The notes below the pieces were generated by a model that was given only the letters and a program-made list of their open reading frames with translations, was not told the origin of the DNA and did not search any database. This document shows, piece after piece, positions 13,803-26,092 of a stretch of DNA of 64,000 nt. This DNA comes from Tubulanus polymorphus. Lineage: Eukaryota > Animalia > Nemertea. The stretch covers positions 4,154,001-4,218,000 of the forward strand of contig NC_134028.1 of assembly GCF_964204645.1 (NCBI RefSeq), written 5' to 3'. The position numbers and the translations under genes were made by a program. Positions within the stretch are counted from its first letter, which is position 1, and every line of letters begins with the position of its first letter.

Positions 13803-15760
13803 ATGTCTGTCAAGTACAGTCGGGTAGCTCTGTCAGATGATGCCGTGTTCGACTGCTCGTCTACGTTCGATTACTCAACGATACACAGATATAAACCACA
13901 GAATTACGGCATTGGTATCGATTTCCCGGGTACTCAACCCCACGCAGATGATGCCTACATTCAAGGTAGCTATCGAATTGCACATTCTGAAGTCTTTGAA
14001 GTAGACTTGATAATAAAACTGCAGTTAGGCTATATCTGCTGGAATAAAGGATGTTTTTTGGTCAATTTGTGCCAACAATATCCGTATCTCTCTCGGGTCT
14101 CGTCAATCCAGTGATCAAGGGTTCGAATCCTGGCAACGGAGTTTCTTGGTCGAAGGTTCTCGCGGTCTCTCGGCCTTGATTGGAAAAGAAATGAATATAA
14201 AACCTACCAATATATCCTTTTGTGGTGTTCCGTGGGTTGAGGGTAAAGGAAAGAAAAAATAAGCCGTTTTTCAAATTTCACACATTATAAGTAGTGTTTT
14301 TATTTTTTCCATTTCCGAGAAATTCTCTTAAGAAATATTGAACATCAGATTATTGTATTGATATATAATTTTTAGATGGCCTGTTTTTTTAGATCCAGGG
14401 ACGCCATTGAAACACAAATGCTTCATTATAAATAACTTTTTCGAAGATTTTCAATTATTACGACGAAGATAGCGGTACAAAGATTGTTTAACGTGTCAAT
14501 GAGGTGACATTTACTGTGATTTTGAATTGAATAGTTGAAAATATTCATTGAATGAACTGCTGCTTTTGGAATTCAAAACCAGCTCGCGGCGTTTATTCGT
14601 CGAAAGTGCCAGTTCTAAAAATATCCGTGTAAAATTTCTGTGAAGTTGTTACCTGACATGGTCGTTCACCCACAAACAAAATGACTTATTTTTGAAATGA
14701 TCTGTTGATGTTATCACTCCGAAGGTGCCAAATTCGAGATCGTGGTTAAACGAAGCTAAAATTGCTTATCTATACTGAATATATACATATATATATACGC
14801 GGTTTGTAGTACAAGGCCTTGACATTGAGTTCTTTATTTCTTGGAATTCTAAATTGACAAACGAACGATTCAAATTGTTCGGCATTATGTATATATTCAA
14901 CGTTTTATATATTTCATACATGCATAAATTACACATGAGACGGAATTGTTTGACAGATGTTATTGAATTATTGCCAATCTGAAAGCATAAAATCGGCAAA
15001 TTTCTTTCAAGTGTGGTGCATCTTCCCTTTGGGAATTTTTGAATAAAATTGGCTCGCAGTCACTTTCCTTAACGGTATTGAATTGAAAACGGTTGAGAAA
15101 ATTCTTGTGGAACGAATTGTGGAACCTATTAATGAACGATACATTTCAATTAATAGCAGCTAAACTTGGCTGCCATCCTTAATACAAAATGCCATTTAAA
15201 TTGACACTCAGTTTCTTCAACAGCAGCAACATTGTGATTTCCAGTTCTGATTGACGTTTATATGTATATCGTATTTTCAGGTAGACAGTCACTTTTGATG
15301 CGTTGTTTGACAGCTGTTATTGTTGCTATTTGTTACTTTATCACTCTGATTACATTCCCGATTTCATTATGTTTTGCCTTGAAAGTAAGTAGATTAAGAA
15401 GTTTTTACGTTCCCCTGTGATATAGCATAGTTCATAGTACATACCGCCTAGAAACATAAAACAATGAATATAAACAAACGAATTGACTATCATTACAACG
15501 TCAGTTGAATCTAATGAAATTATCAATTTATCTTTAAAGAATGTTAATCAGTATGAGCGAATTGTCGTATTCAGATTGGGGCGTCTACTTCCAGCTAAAG
15601 GACCAGGTAAACCAGTGTAGTTTTGGCCGTGAACATGTATACTTTCGTTTGAATTAACAATGAATTATTATTTTGCGCAGGTACTGTGATGGTTTTACCA
15701 TGTTTAGATCGGTGGAGGAAAATTGATATGAGAATGAGAGCGTTCAATGTACCCCCACAG

Positions 15761-15791
<31 letters not shown>

Positions 15792-17756
15792 CTACATATC
15801 TCTACGAAACACAAAGGATTAACAAAATTCGCTTTGGAGTCCAATTTCTACCCTATTTTTGGCTGACTTTTTTCTATTCATCCTCGTTTTTTCTATCGTC
15901 TAACATTTGGCTAATGTTGCCTACTTCTTTGTTTTGTACGGTTTAACTATCATTTGTCGGTGAATCTTATATGAAATAATCGGGGGAGGGGTGTTATCTT
16001 ATTAACGTGAAAAAATAGACTCTTTTCAACAATCAAGGCAATTCTGAGAATGTTTAACACGGCCGATGAATGCCAGGGTTGCGTTGTAGGAGTTAGATCT
16101 CGTTTTCTGATAGTCATGGCACTTCCGTGTTGTCATTGGGCCGTTGAATAATGGACCGGTCATGTTTTATAAGGTCCCTTTCCTTAAACTATCTGTCACT
16201 TAAAATAAAATTACATTTATTGCAAGAGAACCCAGCTATGTTTCAGTGCGGTTCAGCCTAAGTTACCGGATCATTTCAATGACGTATTTTTGTTATTTTT
16301 CAGGTTCTGACGCAGGATAACGGAGTCGTTGAAGCCGGAGCCGATATTTACTTTCGCGTCAATGACGTTTCGTCTTCGGTTACTCACATCCGAGACCTGA
16401 ATCAGTCGCTGCGGATACTCGGACAGACGTCACTGATTAATCGACTTGGGAAATTAGACAGCGATGAAATAGAAACTTCGCGAAATGTGATCAATACAAC
16501 TATCCAGGTTTGCCGCCTTCATTTGCATATTTTCAGTCAACTCCGAACTTAAAGATTTATTTTCGCGCAGAAACGCTCCTCGAAAATTGATGTTCTGACA
16601 TTTTTTTTCGAACAGGAAGATCTCAATCAAATGGCACGCAGCTGGGGTGCCGAAATTGGGAGGGTAAACCTGTAAGTTCCGTGTTACACCGTAAGATTCG
16701 TGTTTCATCATACAGATCATTTGGATATTCATTTTAGAATATGTTCTTCAAAATATTTCAGGTCAGAAGTAAAAATTATCCATAAACCTCCAGATAAAGT
16801 CAGTCAACTTGGATCTCTATTATTTCCACAAGCGCTTAGCGCATCATCTTCAGAACAAACAAAGCTTTTGAATCTACTAGCAGGTAAACTCGATTTCAGT
16901 AAGAAGAATTGCTGTTGAATATTTCATTTCAAGCAAGGAGAATCATTTATCCTTTATGCGATCGACCTTATAAAGCGAGGATGTTTTTTTTGTTCTATTT
17001 AGGGACAAAAGCTTCAGATATAGCTTCATCGACTGATACTCCGTCTAACAACACCGAATCAAGCAAGTCTGTGACAATCGAAATGAATCCAAATCAAAAT
17101 ACGCCGTCAATGTTAATAGAAAGTGCAAGACAAGCTCTTAATTCGAGCATAGTCAATATGATCGGTGCCATTTATAAGTTTGACTTGCGAGGTGACGATG
17201 GTGGCGTTTATTATCTGGATGCTAAACACGGTATTTATACTTGCTTTGATATTGATGACAGTAGACTCTGCTTGAGTCGGATCCGATCAACTCGGATAAC
17301 CGTTCAACTCTGAGGAGATGTTCAATCATTGTTAGATATTTTTGTGGCTCTAAAAAATATACATGAAGTACATTATATGTCCAACTCGGATATCATTAGT
17401 CAAGTCGAACACATTGTTACGGTCCCAAAAGGTCAGATTTCAGCGGAGTCTACGTTAATTGAAATCTTTTTTACTTTTTCTTAACTAAGGACATCGTTTC
17501 AGGTGAAGGATCAGCAGGTAAAGGTGAACCGCCTACTGAGCCCGACGTTACTTTGACTTTCAACACGTCAGATTTGCAGCCATTGCTGTCTGGACAGTTA
17601 GAACCGTTTCAAGCTTATATGGACGGTAAATTGCATTTAGCCGGTGATATGGGAGCGGCGATGAAATTACAAAAACTTTCCGATTGGATCCGCGGTTCGG
17701 GACATCTACTGAAAGCCTCTGATCATCACCAACCCGGATCTGTATTTCAAGTTTAG
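13803..17756 (+). CDS. STOML1: Stomatin-like protein 1 (SPFH/band 7 + SCP2 sterol-binding domain), 9 coding exons
   Basis: Exons 13803-13965, 15281-15384, 15540-15606, 15681-15763, 16304-16507, 16616-16671, 16762-16883, 17003-17230, 17503-17756. Stomatin motifs YERIVVFRLGR...GPG and IDMRMRAFNVPPQ; SCP2-like C-terminus QAYMDGKLHLAGDMGAAMKL. Confidence 0.9.
14085..14250 (+). mobile_element. tRNA-derived SINE (5'-degenerate copy) in a STOML1 intron
   Basis: B-box GGTTCGAATCC, then GAGTTTCTTGGTCGAAGGTTCTC and 3' GTGGGTTGAGGG, as in the 36585-36777 copy. Confidence 0.7.
17259..17455. mobile_element. pogo/Tigger-like MITE in the last STOML1 intron
   Basis: Inverted termini CAGTAGACTCTGCT ... AGCGGAGTCTAC. 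Confidence 0.55.
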
Positions 17757-18348
17757 ATCAGAATTTGATGGAACTAGATAGCATACTTTATTAATCTCTT
17801 AATCTTGATAAGAACAAGAAAGAGTGCTCTCCATCTGGAATATTTTTCTTTATCAATAAAGTAAAGCCTCGTGCGCCGTCTAGCTTATTTATGACATAGT
17901 CACATATCAATCGTTTTGATTACGTTGTTAGAATTTGTACAGTCTGTAGCCTACGGTTTTTTGTTTTCTCGGTAAAATATAAACGTTGTAATAAAAAAAT
18001 CGTTACCTGTTGCTAATTTTTTTTTTCGAAACGCAACCTGGTCGGGGATCAAAGACTAATTTATCAGAGATTTCACTGAAGGACCCGCGGCCGGAGTGAA
18101 CGACGTGCACCAAAACATGATTGGGACTGAATATCTATTTAGTCTTATGGGAACTTCATGAATGTATATTCTCTCTTAATTCGGGGATTAAAACCAAGGC
18201 GTTATGACGAACTATAGTAAGCCCTTAGTCGAACTTACGGCGTCAATTATTTGCTACTGAGCGGATTCGAAACCACCACACGTTTAGCTGATTTAAGAGT
18301 ACCCCGTTTAGCTATTACCCTGGACGTGCAGTCATGTGATCAGTCAAA

Positions 18349-21300
18349 ATGGCGGACGGACTGAAAGCAACTGTTACGAAACAAATTCTGGTAAGCCGGC
18401 CACTTTTTTGATCGTGTCGCTTTTAGTAACCACTTCTAAAGGGTGTATTTTATTTATAAATTACAGTTGCAATGTGTTTATGCAATCATAACTTATATAG
18501 CGCCTCCTCAATTGGCTTAAACGACGCGGCCTATATTACCTGTCAATCAGTTATGTCATTCATGATTCTCTGCCTGGCTGCTGTTCTGCTGTCAAAAGTC
18601 AGATGATGGTCAGTGAGTGACCTTAAGTCAACCTTTCTGTGGTTTAGTTTCACGATCGGATATTTTCACAAACCACAGTCAGGAATGAAATTGTTTGGTA
18701 TAATGCCACATGAACTAAAATTAATGTTGAAAATACTATGACTTTGAAGAAATTTGTTGAAATTCCCAAGGCCATGAATTCAATATGAGTTAATCGTCTG
18801 AAAATCTTTGAAAACATTTTCACCGTTTGCATGTATTTCATATTAACCCCTTTTCACGTCCAATTATCTGCAACTCAGAATCAACTTCTTCAGCTTGAAA
18901 ATGTTGTCGTTGTTTGGTAAAGACAGTTTCCATTCTATGAACAAAAATCAAAATTTTGGAAATAAATGAAATCTTTGATAATATTGTAGTTTCTATGCAC
19001 CTGTGACCACCATGCAGGCATCGGACGCTTAACTCGTACCCGAGTTCCCATTGTCTAATCAGAAATTTCATGTGATTAACAATGACGGATGTTATTTAAT
19101 ATTTCATGTAGGAGCCGATTGCTCCTTATATCGAATTGGCTCGACTTCATATAAATGAGCGTTGTAACGGGTTAGAAGCATGGCAGATTATATTCTACAC
19201 ATTCGGTATTACAATGATACTAGTCTGGTTACATGGGCAACTCTTCAAACAAGTCAGTAAGTATCAGCTGCTCATGTTTTCACTTCAAATCATTTCAATA
19301 ACATCGTAACGCACTTGAACGAGGGAATTTTGTTGAGATTGCTAGATTGCATGTAAAATCAAACAGTTTCTGTCTATGTCTTACATATTTTGACTGTGTT
19401 TATTGGTTGGATTCTTCAGATCAAGTCAGGGAAAATGAAATGCAGGGAATAGTCGGGGAAAAAGTAAGTCAAAAAGTGGCAACCCTGTTTAAAACATTCC
19501 ATTTTTTCTCTAGGTTTGAAGGTTCGGGTGAAGAAGAAGTTCTTTAGATTCGTTCGCAGTTTGCCGATCGTAAAAGAGAAAATTGCCGCCGAAATTAACA
19601 AGATTTCAAAAGATTGCGAAGATCAAATGCACAAAGATGTACCGGGTTACGTCAAACAGATACCAAAAGTCGGACTTGCAGAGGTAAGGGTAGTGAAGAT
19701 CAGACTTTTCGTCTGAAGATTTTATGCCTATTGTATCAGATATGTAGCTTCTACTGAGATAGCTGTTAATTGATGCATTATTTTCATTTTTCAGAAAGAA
19801 CTTTTTGATGAGATAGACACTTATAGAAGTTTAGGTCAGCTTCAATAATATCGCTACCAATATTTAATTTCAATTGTGAAAATCAGGATTGATGATTAAT
19901 GATATTGTGTTATTGCAGCTACCGTTGACTGGCAAAATGGTAGAGTATCAGGAGCTATATATTCCGGTGATGCTTCACTTGCCAGAATCATGACTAAAGT
20001 AAGAGTATTTTCATAAAACCTCCTCTGTCTCTTCATAGATTTGATAGTAAGATCAGTCGTTTTCGATATATTACAGGTTCTTGGAATTTTTGCATTTTCG
20101 AATCCACTGCATCCGGATATATTTCCTGATGTGAGGAAAATGGAAGCTGAATTGATTAGAATGTGTTGTACTATGTTTCATGGTAATGAAGCTTCTTGCG
20201 GAACTGTAAGTAGAAATCAATCATCCAAATAAGTATAAGTGGACTTCCTAATCCTCTAAAATTGGTAATGGTCCCATTTTTACCATTTTCCCTTCAAAAA
20301 AATGAAGCAGCTACCTGTATATTACGTGCGGTATGTGATTCATGTACTGATTTATTTTTCTGTAGACTACCTCAGGTGGCACGGAAAGCATTATGTTAGC
20401 GTGTAAAGCATATAGAGATATGGCTCGTGATCGCGGTATTGAATATCCCGAAATGGTTGTTCCAAAATCTGCTCATGCCGCGTTCGATAAGGTAATGATC
20501 TGTTCGCTCGTAAGGAAGTTGGCCAAACTGTGGACATATTTTCTCTAATTTCGATGCGCCGCTTACACATTTCAGGCTGCGGAATATTTTGGTATTAAAT
20601 TAGTACACGTGGATCTTTGTCCGAAAACAATGCAGGTCAACATGAAGGCGATGAAAAGAGCTATAACTAGTAATACTTGTATGGTACGTCACTATGAGTT
20701 TCATCTGAGTTTTAACATTTAGCTTGTGCTAGATTCAGAATGTGTTTCATATCGTTCGTTTGATTTCAGTTAGTCGGTTCTGCTCCACAATTTCCACATG
20801 GAATAATAGATCCAATTCAAGATATTGCCAAGGTACTGTCTTTTTTGTACGCAACAGAAGTTTTTACTTACCTACCATTTTGCGTGTGGCTAATCTTTGT
20901 GTTTTTCTTATACAGTTAGGAAAGAGCTACAACATTCCAGTACACGTAGATGCATGTTTAGGCGGTTTCCTAATCGCTTTTATGAAGAAAGCTGGTTTCG
21001 AACTGCAGCCATTTGACTTTGCTGTGGATGGAGTTTGCAGTATTTCGTGTGACACTCATAAGGTACGCGCAATAATAAAAGATACCATTCTGGATAACGC
21101 ACCGTCGGATGAAAACGTGATGTTTTTGTATTATTTCGTAGTATGGATTTTCCCCAAAAGGAACATCAGTGATTCTCTACAGCGAAAAGAAGTACAGAGA
21201 TTGGCAGTTTTTCGTGGCACCTGATTGGTTGGGTGGTATCTACGCTACTGCTACATTCGCTGGTACGTGATATTCCAGTTCATGTGAATGCATCTTCTCT

Positions 21301-22416
21301 CTTATCCTTATGTAAAATATTAGTTTGATTTCTTACTTTGTTTGCATGTACTCATTTTAAAGTTCACTTCACTTACTTGTACTTACATATATTTTTTCAA
21401 CTTTTCCCTCTGAATCTAATTTGCTTAACTTATTTGTTAATACTGGTCTTCAGCCTCAATCTATGACTATTTACTCAATAAACATTGAATTGTGATACAT
21501 TAATCTGGACTGTAAGTCGTAAGATATTCTATTTGCTGTTTTGTAGGAAGCCGTTCTGGGCAGGTAATCGCAGCCACCTGGGCCACTCTAATGTATATCG
21601 GTGAAGAAGGCTACGTGACACAAACAAAGAAAATCATAACAACCACAAGATATATGATAGAAAAGTTAGTATTACCGGGTACTATAATCCTTCTGTTGAT
21701 ACGAAGGGATCGTTCTGAAGAAGAGAAGAAAGTACTGAAACTGCATAGATTGAAATGAATAAGTCAATGTATATTTTTAGATTGCGATTGATCAATGGAA
21801 TTTATGTTATTGGTGAACCTGAGGTTAGTGTTATCGGTGTCGCATCACTAGATTTCAACATATACCGGCTGTATGACGCTTTAACTGCTAAAGGTTGGCA
21901 TCTTAATGCCCTACAATTCCCTTCAAGGTAAGTAATTGAAATTCGATATATGCACATTCAGTGAATACAGCCTATTCAAATGTTAGGCTTCTCAGTGATC
22001 AGTGTTGGATAGATTTATCTCTTTTGAATTTTCAAGTTTCCATCTATGTGTTACTAAATTACATACACATTCTGGGGTGGCCGATTCATTTGTGGCTGAT
22101 GTTGAAGAATGCACTGCCGAAATCATGAAAACACCAAATGCCAAGTGTGGTGGAATGGTGAGTAGTATTGAATCATTTAAATTATTCATTCTGATAGATC
22201 AGAAATATTTAGACGTTGTCTTTGCTTCAAAATGTATAAATAGTGAGTTGAGATGATTTATGCAGACATTTTTTCTGTTTACTAAAGGGTGCGATCTATG
22301 GTATGGCGCAAAGTATCCCTGACAGGTCAATGGTTTCGGAGATCGCTCAAGGTTACTTGAATGCCGTTTACAGTACCGGTGATTCGAGCATTCCTAACGG
22401 CAAAAAGATGCACTAG
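18349..22416 (+). CDS. SGPL1: Sphingosine-1-phosphate lyase (PLP-dependent), about 15 coding exons
   Basis: Approximate exons 18349-18390, 19112-19256, 19514-19683, 19795-19834, 19918-19998, 20078-20205, 20366-20490, 20576-20682, 20770-20832, 20916-21062, 21142-21262, 21547-21664, 21781-21927, 22037-22157, 22288-22416. Motifs [34 protein letters not shown] (PLP lysine), GAIYGMAQ, and an N-terminal TM segment. Confidence 0.95.
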
Positions 22417-22566
22417 TTCAGAACCCTGTTGTCCACCGAGTCCACCAGATGGGAAAGATCTTATTGAAATTCAACCAAGTGATTAATCCTCTAAATACCA
22501 TGAAGATTTATTTGTCAGTGAACTGTTATGTATCTTCTATCTAGAATCGGTTTAATTCATAACTAG

Positions 22567-22668
22567 ATTCTGTTCAGTGTTTTCTGTTCAGATGGTTGTA
22601 TTCTGTTCAGTGTGTTTTCTGTTCAGATGGTTGTATTCTATTCTCTGTTCAGATAATATTCTGTCAGA
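22567..22668 (+). repeat. Short degenerate tandem repeat in the SGPL1 3' region
   Basis: TCTGTTCAG occurs five times, plus a degenerate sixth copy. Confidence 0.7.
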
Positions 22669-24310
22669 CTTGATCATGAATATACATGTTATGATTGATG
22701 TTTGTGGTCCAAGCCAGTGCTGAATCCATGCCATCCATTAAAGCCACAATATAACTGATCTATGTAGTGTGTAAACTTGTAAGTGTTTGTAAATTCCGCA
22801 TTATTTAAGATAAATTTATTTAGATTCATACGTATATTATACAATTATTATCATTATTACAATTCTAACATGAATATTTTTACTAATGCAAGATTTAATC
22901 GATTGATACAGAGTGCTCACGTGCGCTACCTCTGATGTTATTTCATCTCTAGCACCATACTACAATGTGATAGTATGAAACTTCACAAAACTAATTTTTA
23001 TACTGTCCTTAGAATGTAATCTAAGCAGATTTTTTAGTGTATCATCTCTAAATATGTAATGATTACATTTTGTTCTAGTTTCTCTTAAATATGAACTTCC
23101 ATAGAAAACTTTCCGTTCTTGGTTTACTGTTTCATGAAGAAGTACGTTTGAAAGCCATAAGTCAACAATGGTGGGGCATAAGTTTCAGTGGGGGATGGTT
23201 GCTGAAAAAAAATTACCGCAGCTAACCGATTAGGAAGCAGTCCATGCGGAGTGACCAACAACGGTGCATCATTGTTCTCCGGTGCAGGATCGATCAATTC
23301 AAACATTCACTTTTTGCCACGTCAACAGTCGATTGGTGTTCCCTGTGACAACATAGTCAGCCAACCGAGTCTAGAGGGATTCTAGCCGCTCTCTGCAGTA
23401 CATAGACTAGTGCCAAACACTATTTATCTCCCCATAGCGTAATGCCACGCTTTTGCAGCAACTCGTATGTACCACACTGATACAGAAGATGCCCAAACAA
23501 CTTGGTACAAAACAAATATTTAAATATAATTCAAAATTAAGGACTAATTTATATCATCATTGTTGCAAAACACGCTATAATAACAAGAATATCTCTCAGT
23601 TTAAAACCATTCAACAAACAACGGAACTAACAAATATTCATTAACTATGTATTATTATAAAATATTTAATTCCAATTCAATAAAAATCCTATGTACTACA
23701 ATAAACCTTCGGAACATACATAAATTCTTTTATGTACACAACAGTATAATATACGATACATGTGCATATACGGAGTAGAAGCTTACTTGATTAACCTCTC
23801 TGAGGTGAATAAAACAATATTTGATTTTCATCTCAAATTACTAAGGAATAGATGCTAAATATATTGAAAATTAGCAAATAAAAAATTGAATGATTTATTG
23901 AAATTGCATAGTCACAATTCTACCATGAATCCGTAAAAATACATCTAAATAGAAGTTATCCTTTATTTTTGATAAAAAGCTGAATTCAGTACATTACATG
24001 TACTTGTATTTGTCATGTTAGCGGGAGGGATACCAGACTTATACTAGTGATAATTTTGATTTGATCATTTTGTAATAATGAAATAGTTGAACAGAAAGCA
24101 TAACTTCACAGGCTGAATCATGTATAAAGGCTAAGCTCAGTAGTGTGTGTACTTGCTGAACACTGTGTATTGTCAGTCAGTGTTATACAAAAGCAGCTGT
24201 GGTTACCGGGTATATACTGGTCATTTCATTAACCCATGAAATGTGAACTTGGCCTCAATAATAGACGCACCTAGTGAACTTTATGCACCCCCTGGTGTCA
24301 ATAGATGAAA

Positions 24311-26017
24311 CTACAAAACACGAGGCGCTTTTGGAATAGCGGTGAATGTAGCAGCAGATACTGTTGGCCTCATCGTCGTCGTTGTCGGAGGAGGGAGAGA
24401 AGATATGGAATGGAAGGCATAGATATCAACAGTAATACACTGGAATAGGATGACACCGGCGACAAGAAATAGAAACCAAGTTTTATCAGCCATCTGAAAA
24501 TATACATAATTACATTCTAAACATTGAAACTTAACCGCAAGCGACCGAGCTTTGAAAAACCTGTCATAGAATATCGTTACCGGAATGAAATAGATCTCAC
24601 CATGTTTTACTTACCAAGTCGCCCTTTCTATACCACCAGCTCTGCAAAACAAATCACTCAAATGCTTAACACTTTTATCTAACTAAAAACTTTTAACATA
24701 TTGCAGCAAATAATATAAAACCAATGGCGTAGGAGCCCATATTTAACTTACCATCATGAATCCGATAATTGCGCTTACTGAAAATACATGACAATGAAAT
24801 GACATAGCAGGATATTAAAATCATTATTCATAATTATCATGTTTATCATTATTCATAAAACGTATCAGGCTAAGAAAATATAGTTTGTTTCTCATTTCTG
24901 CTGGTGCTTATAAGTTGACCTGGCCAGCTGCCTATCTATCCTGTACACTTCTTTTTTTTAAATCAGACCTGGCAGCTATAGAATTGAACTGATTACAAAT
25001 TTTATTGCAGTTCACAAAATGACCCAGCCGGTTATGAGAAACACGGTATCATATTTCAGCCTTTGTGTGTCCAAGAAGGATTAAGGTACTTACTGACTAG
25101 ATTGGTAGTTAGAAGATAATTTGCACTGTTATGGGGACCACGTGCCAAGGTGATGATTAATGCGATCTAAACAAAAATATTAATATGTAAACAAGTAGCA
25201 CTGGGCACCAGGAAATTATACAGTGTTACAGGCATATACTTACAATAAGCATAAGGGCAGTTATTCCACCAACAATCTTTGCGAATAATACCTATAACAT
25301 AAAAGGAAACATATTTTAAATTTTACAAACTGAAGATAATCTATATTCAAAACAATAGATGGCGCCTGATACAACGTGATGTCTCTATTTCTATCACTTA
25401 CCCCCCCCCCCCCCCCTGTGCAGTATCCTAAGAGTGTAAAGGTATGGCCTAAAACATATGGTACCTAGGATATTTGGGCTGGGATGCTGCTGCTGGTTTT
25501 AGGTTTCTCAAATAGATATGTACCTAAGTTAACCATAACACTATTCTTCAACAACACAGGCCATCCAGTGGAAAGGTGACCTAAAGTGCAGTTACACCAA
25601 GTACTGCCAATGGTGACATTAAAAAATGAACCGCCAACCGCATCCGAAATAACTTAGCACAACTTCACAAGGTTTGTAGCTGTACACAGACCACCTAACA
25701 TCAACTTATCTCTCTCCCATTGCATATATGAAACATTTGAAGCAACGTACCACACAGATACAGATACACACACTTCACTTGACTGACATTTTATTGACAA
25801 TACGTGTGTGACACTTTTTGACACAACTTTTGACATTCTTTACAAACAAGTGATTTAAAGTAATTCCAGAAAGAATTCTTAAACAGAATTCCAACATTTT
25901 TGAAAGAGAAAGTGTATTACTCACTAGACGAGGTGATGCATCGTGATAAATAGCGTTCGGGTCCTGCCAATGAGCCGGGTCTCCGCCGGTACCAGCCTCG
26001 GGATTAGGAGTCGCCAT
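24311..26017 (-). CDS. TMEM243: TMEM243-like small multi-pass membrane protein (about 149 aa, 6 exons)
   Basis: Exons 26017-25925, 25291-25244, 25166-25094, 24777-24752, 24641-24615, 24493-24311 join in frame with GT-AG ends. Three hydrophobic segments, and WWYRKGDL matches the WYRQGDL motif I recall from human TMEM243. Confidence 0.8.
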
Positions 26018-26092
26018 CTTGAACTAATTGTCATCATGTGACACTGTCGCGGAGTCGAGAATGTGGAGACATTTACCGTAACCGAATTCAAA
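26018..26092. promoter_or_regulatory. 75-bp interval between divergent TMEM243 and METAP1 start codons (bidirectional promoter core)
   Basis: ATGs at 26017 (minus, AAGATGGCGA) and 26093 (plus, AAAATGGCAG); E-box TCATGTGAC at 26034-26042. Confidence 0.75.

Larger units (their letters stand above)
544..14846. promoter_or_regulatory. Dense cluster of STAT (GAS) motifs TTCYNRGAA around SOCS
   Basis: Sites start at 544, 1199, 2185, 2651, 3777, 3842, 4268, 4677, 7965, 8015, 9077, 9611, 9956, 10151, 10283, 11551, 11852, 12765, 12803, 13429, 14313 and 14838. Confidence 0.7.

Noticed and set aside
18255-18320. tRNA-like sequence on the minus strand (GGTTTCGAATCC B-box)
   Set aside because: No cloverleaf can be folded; at most a SINE remnant.
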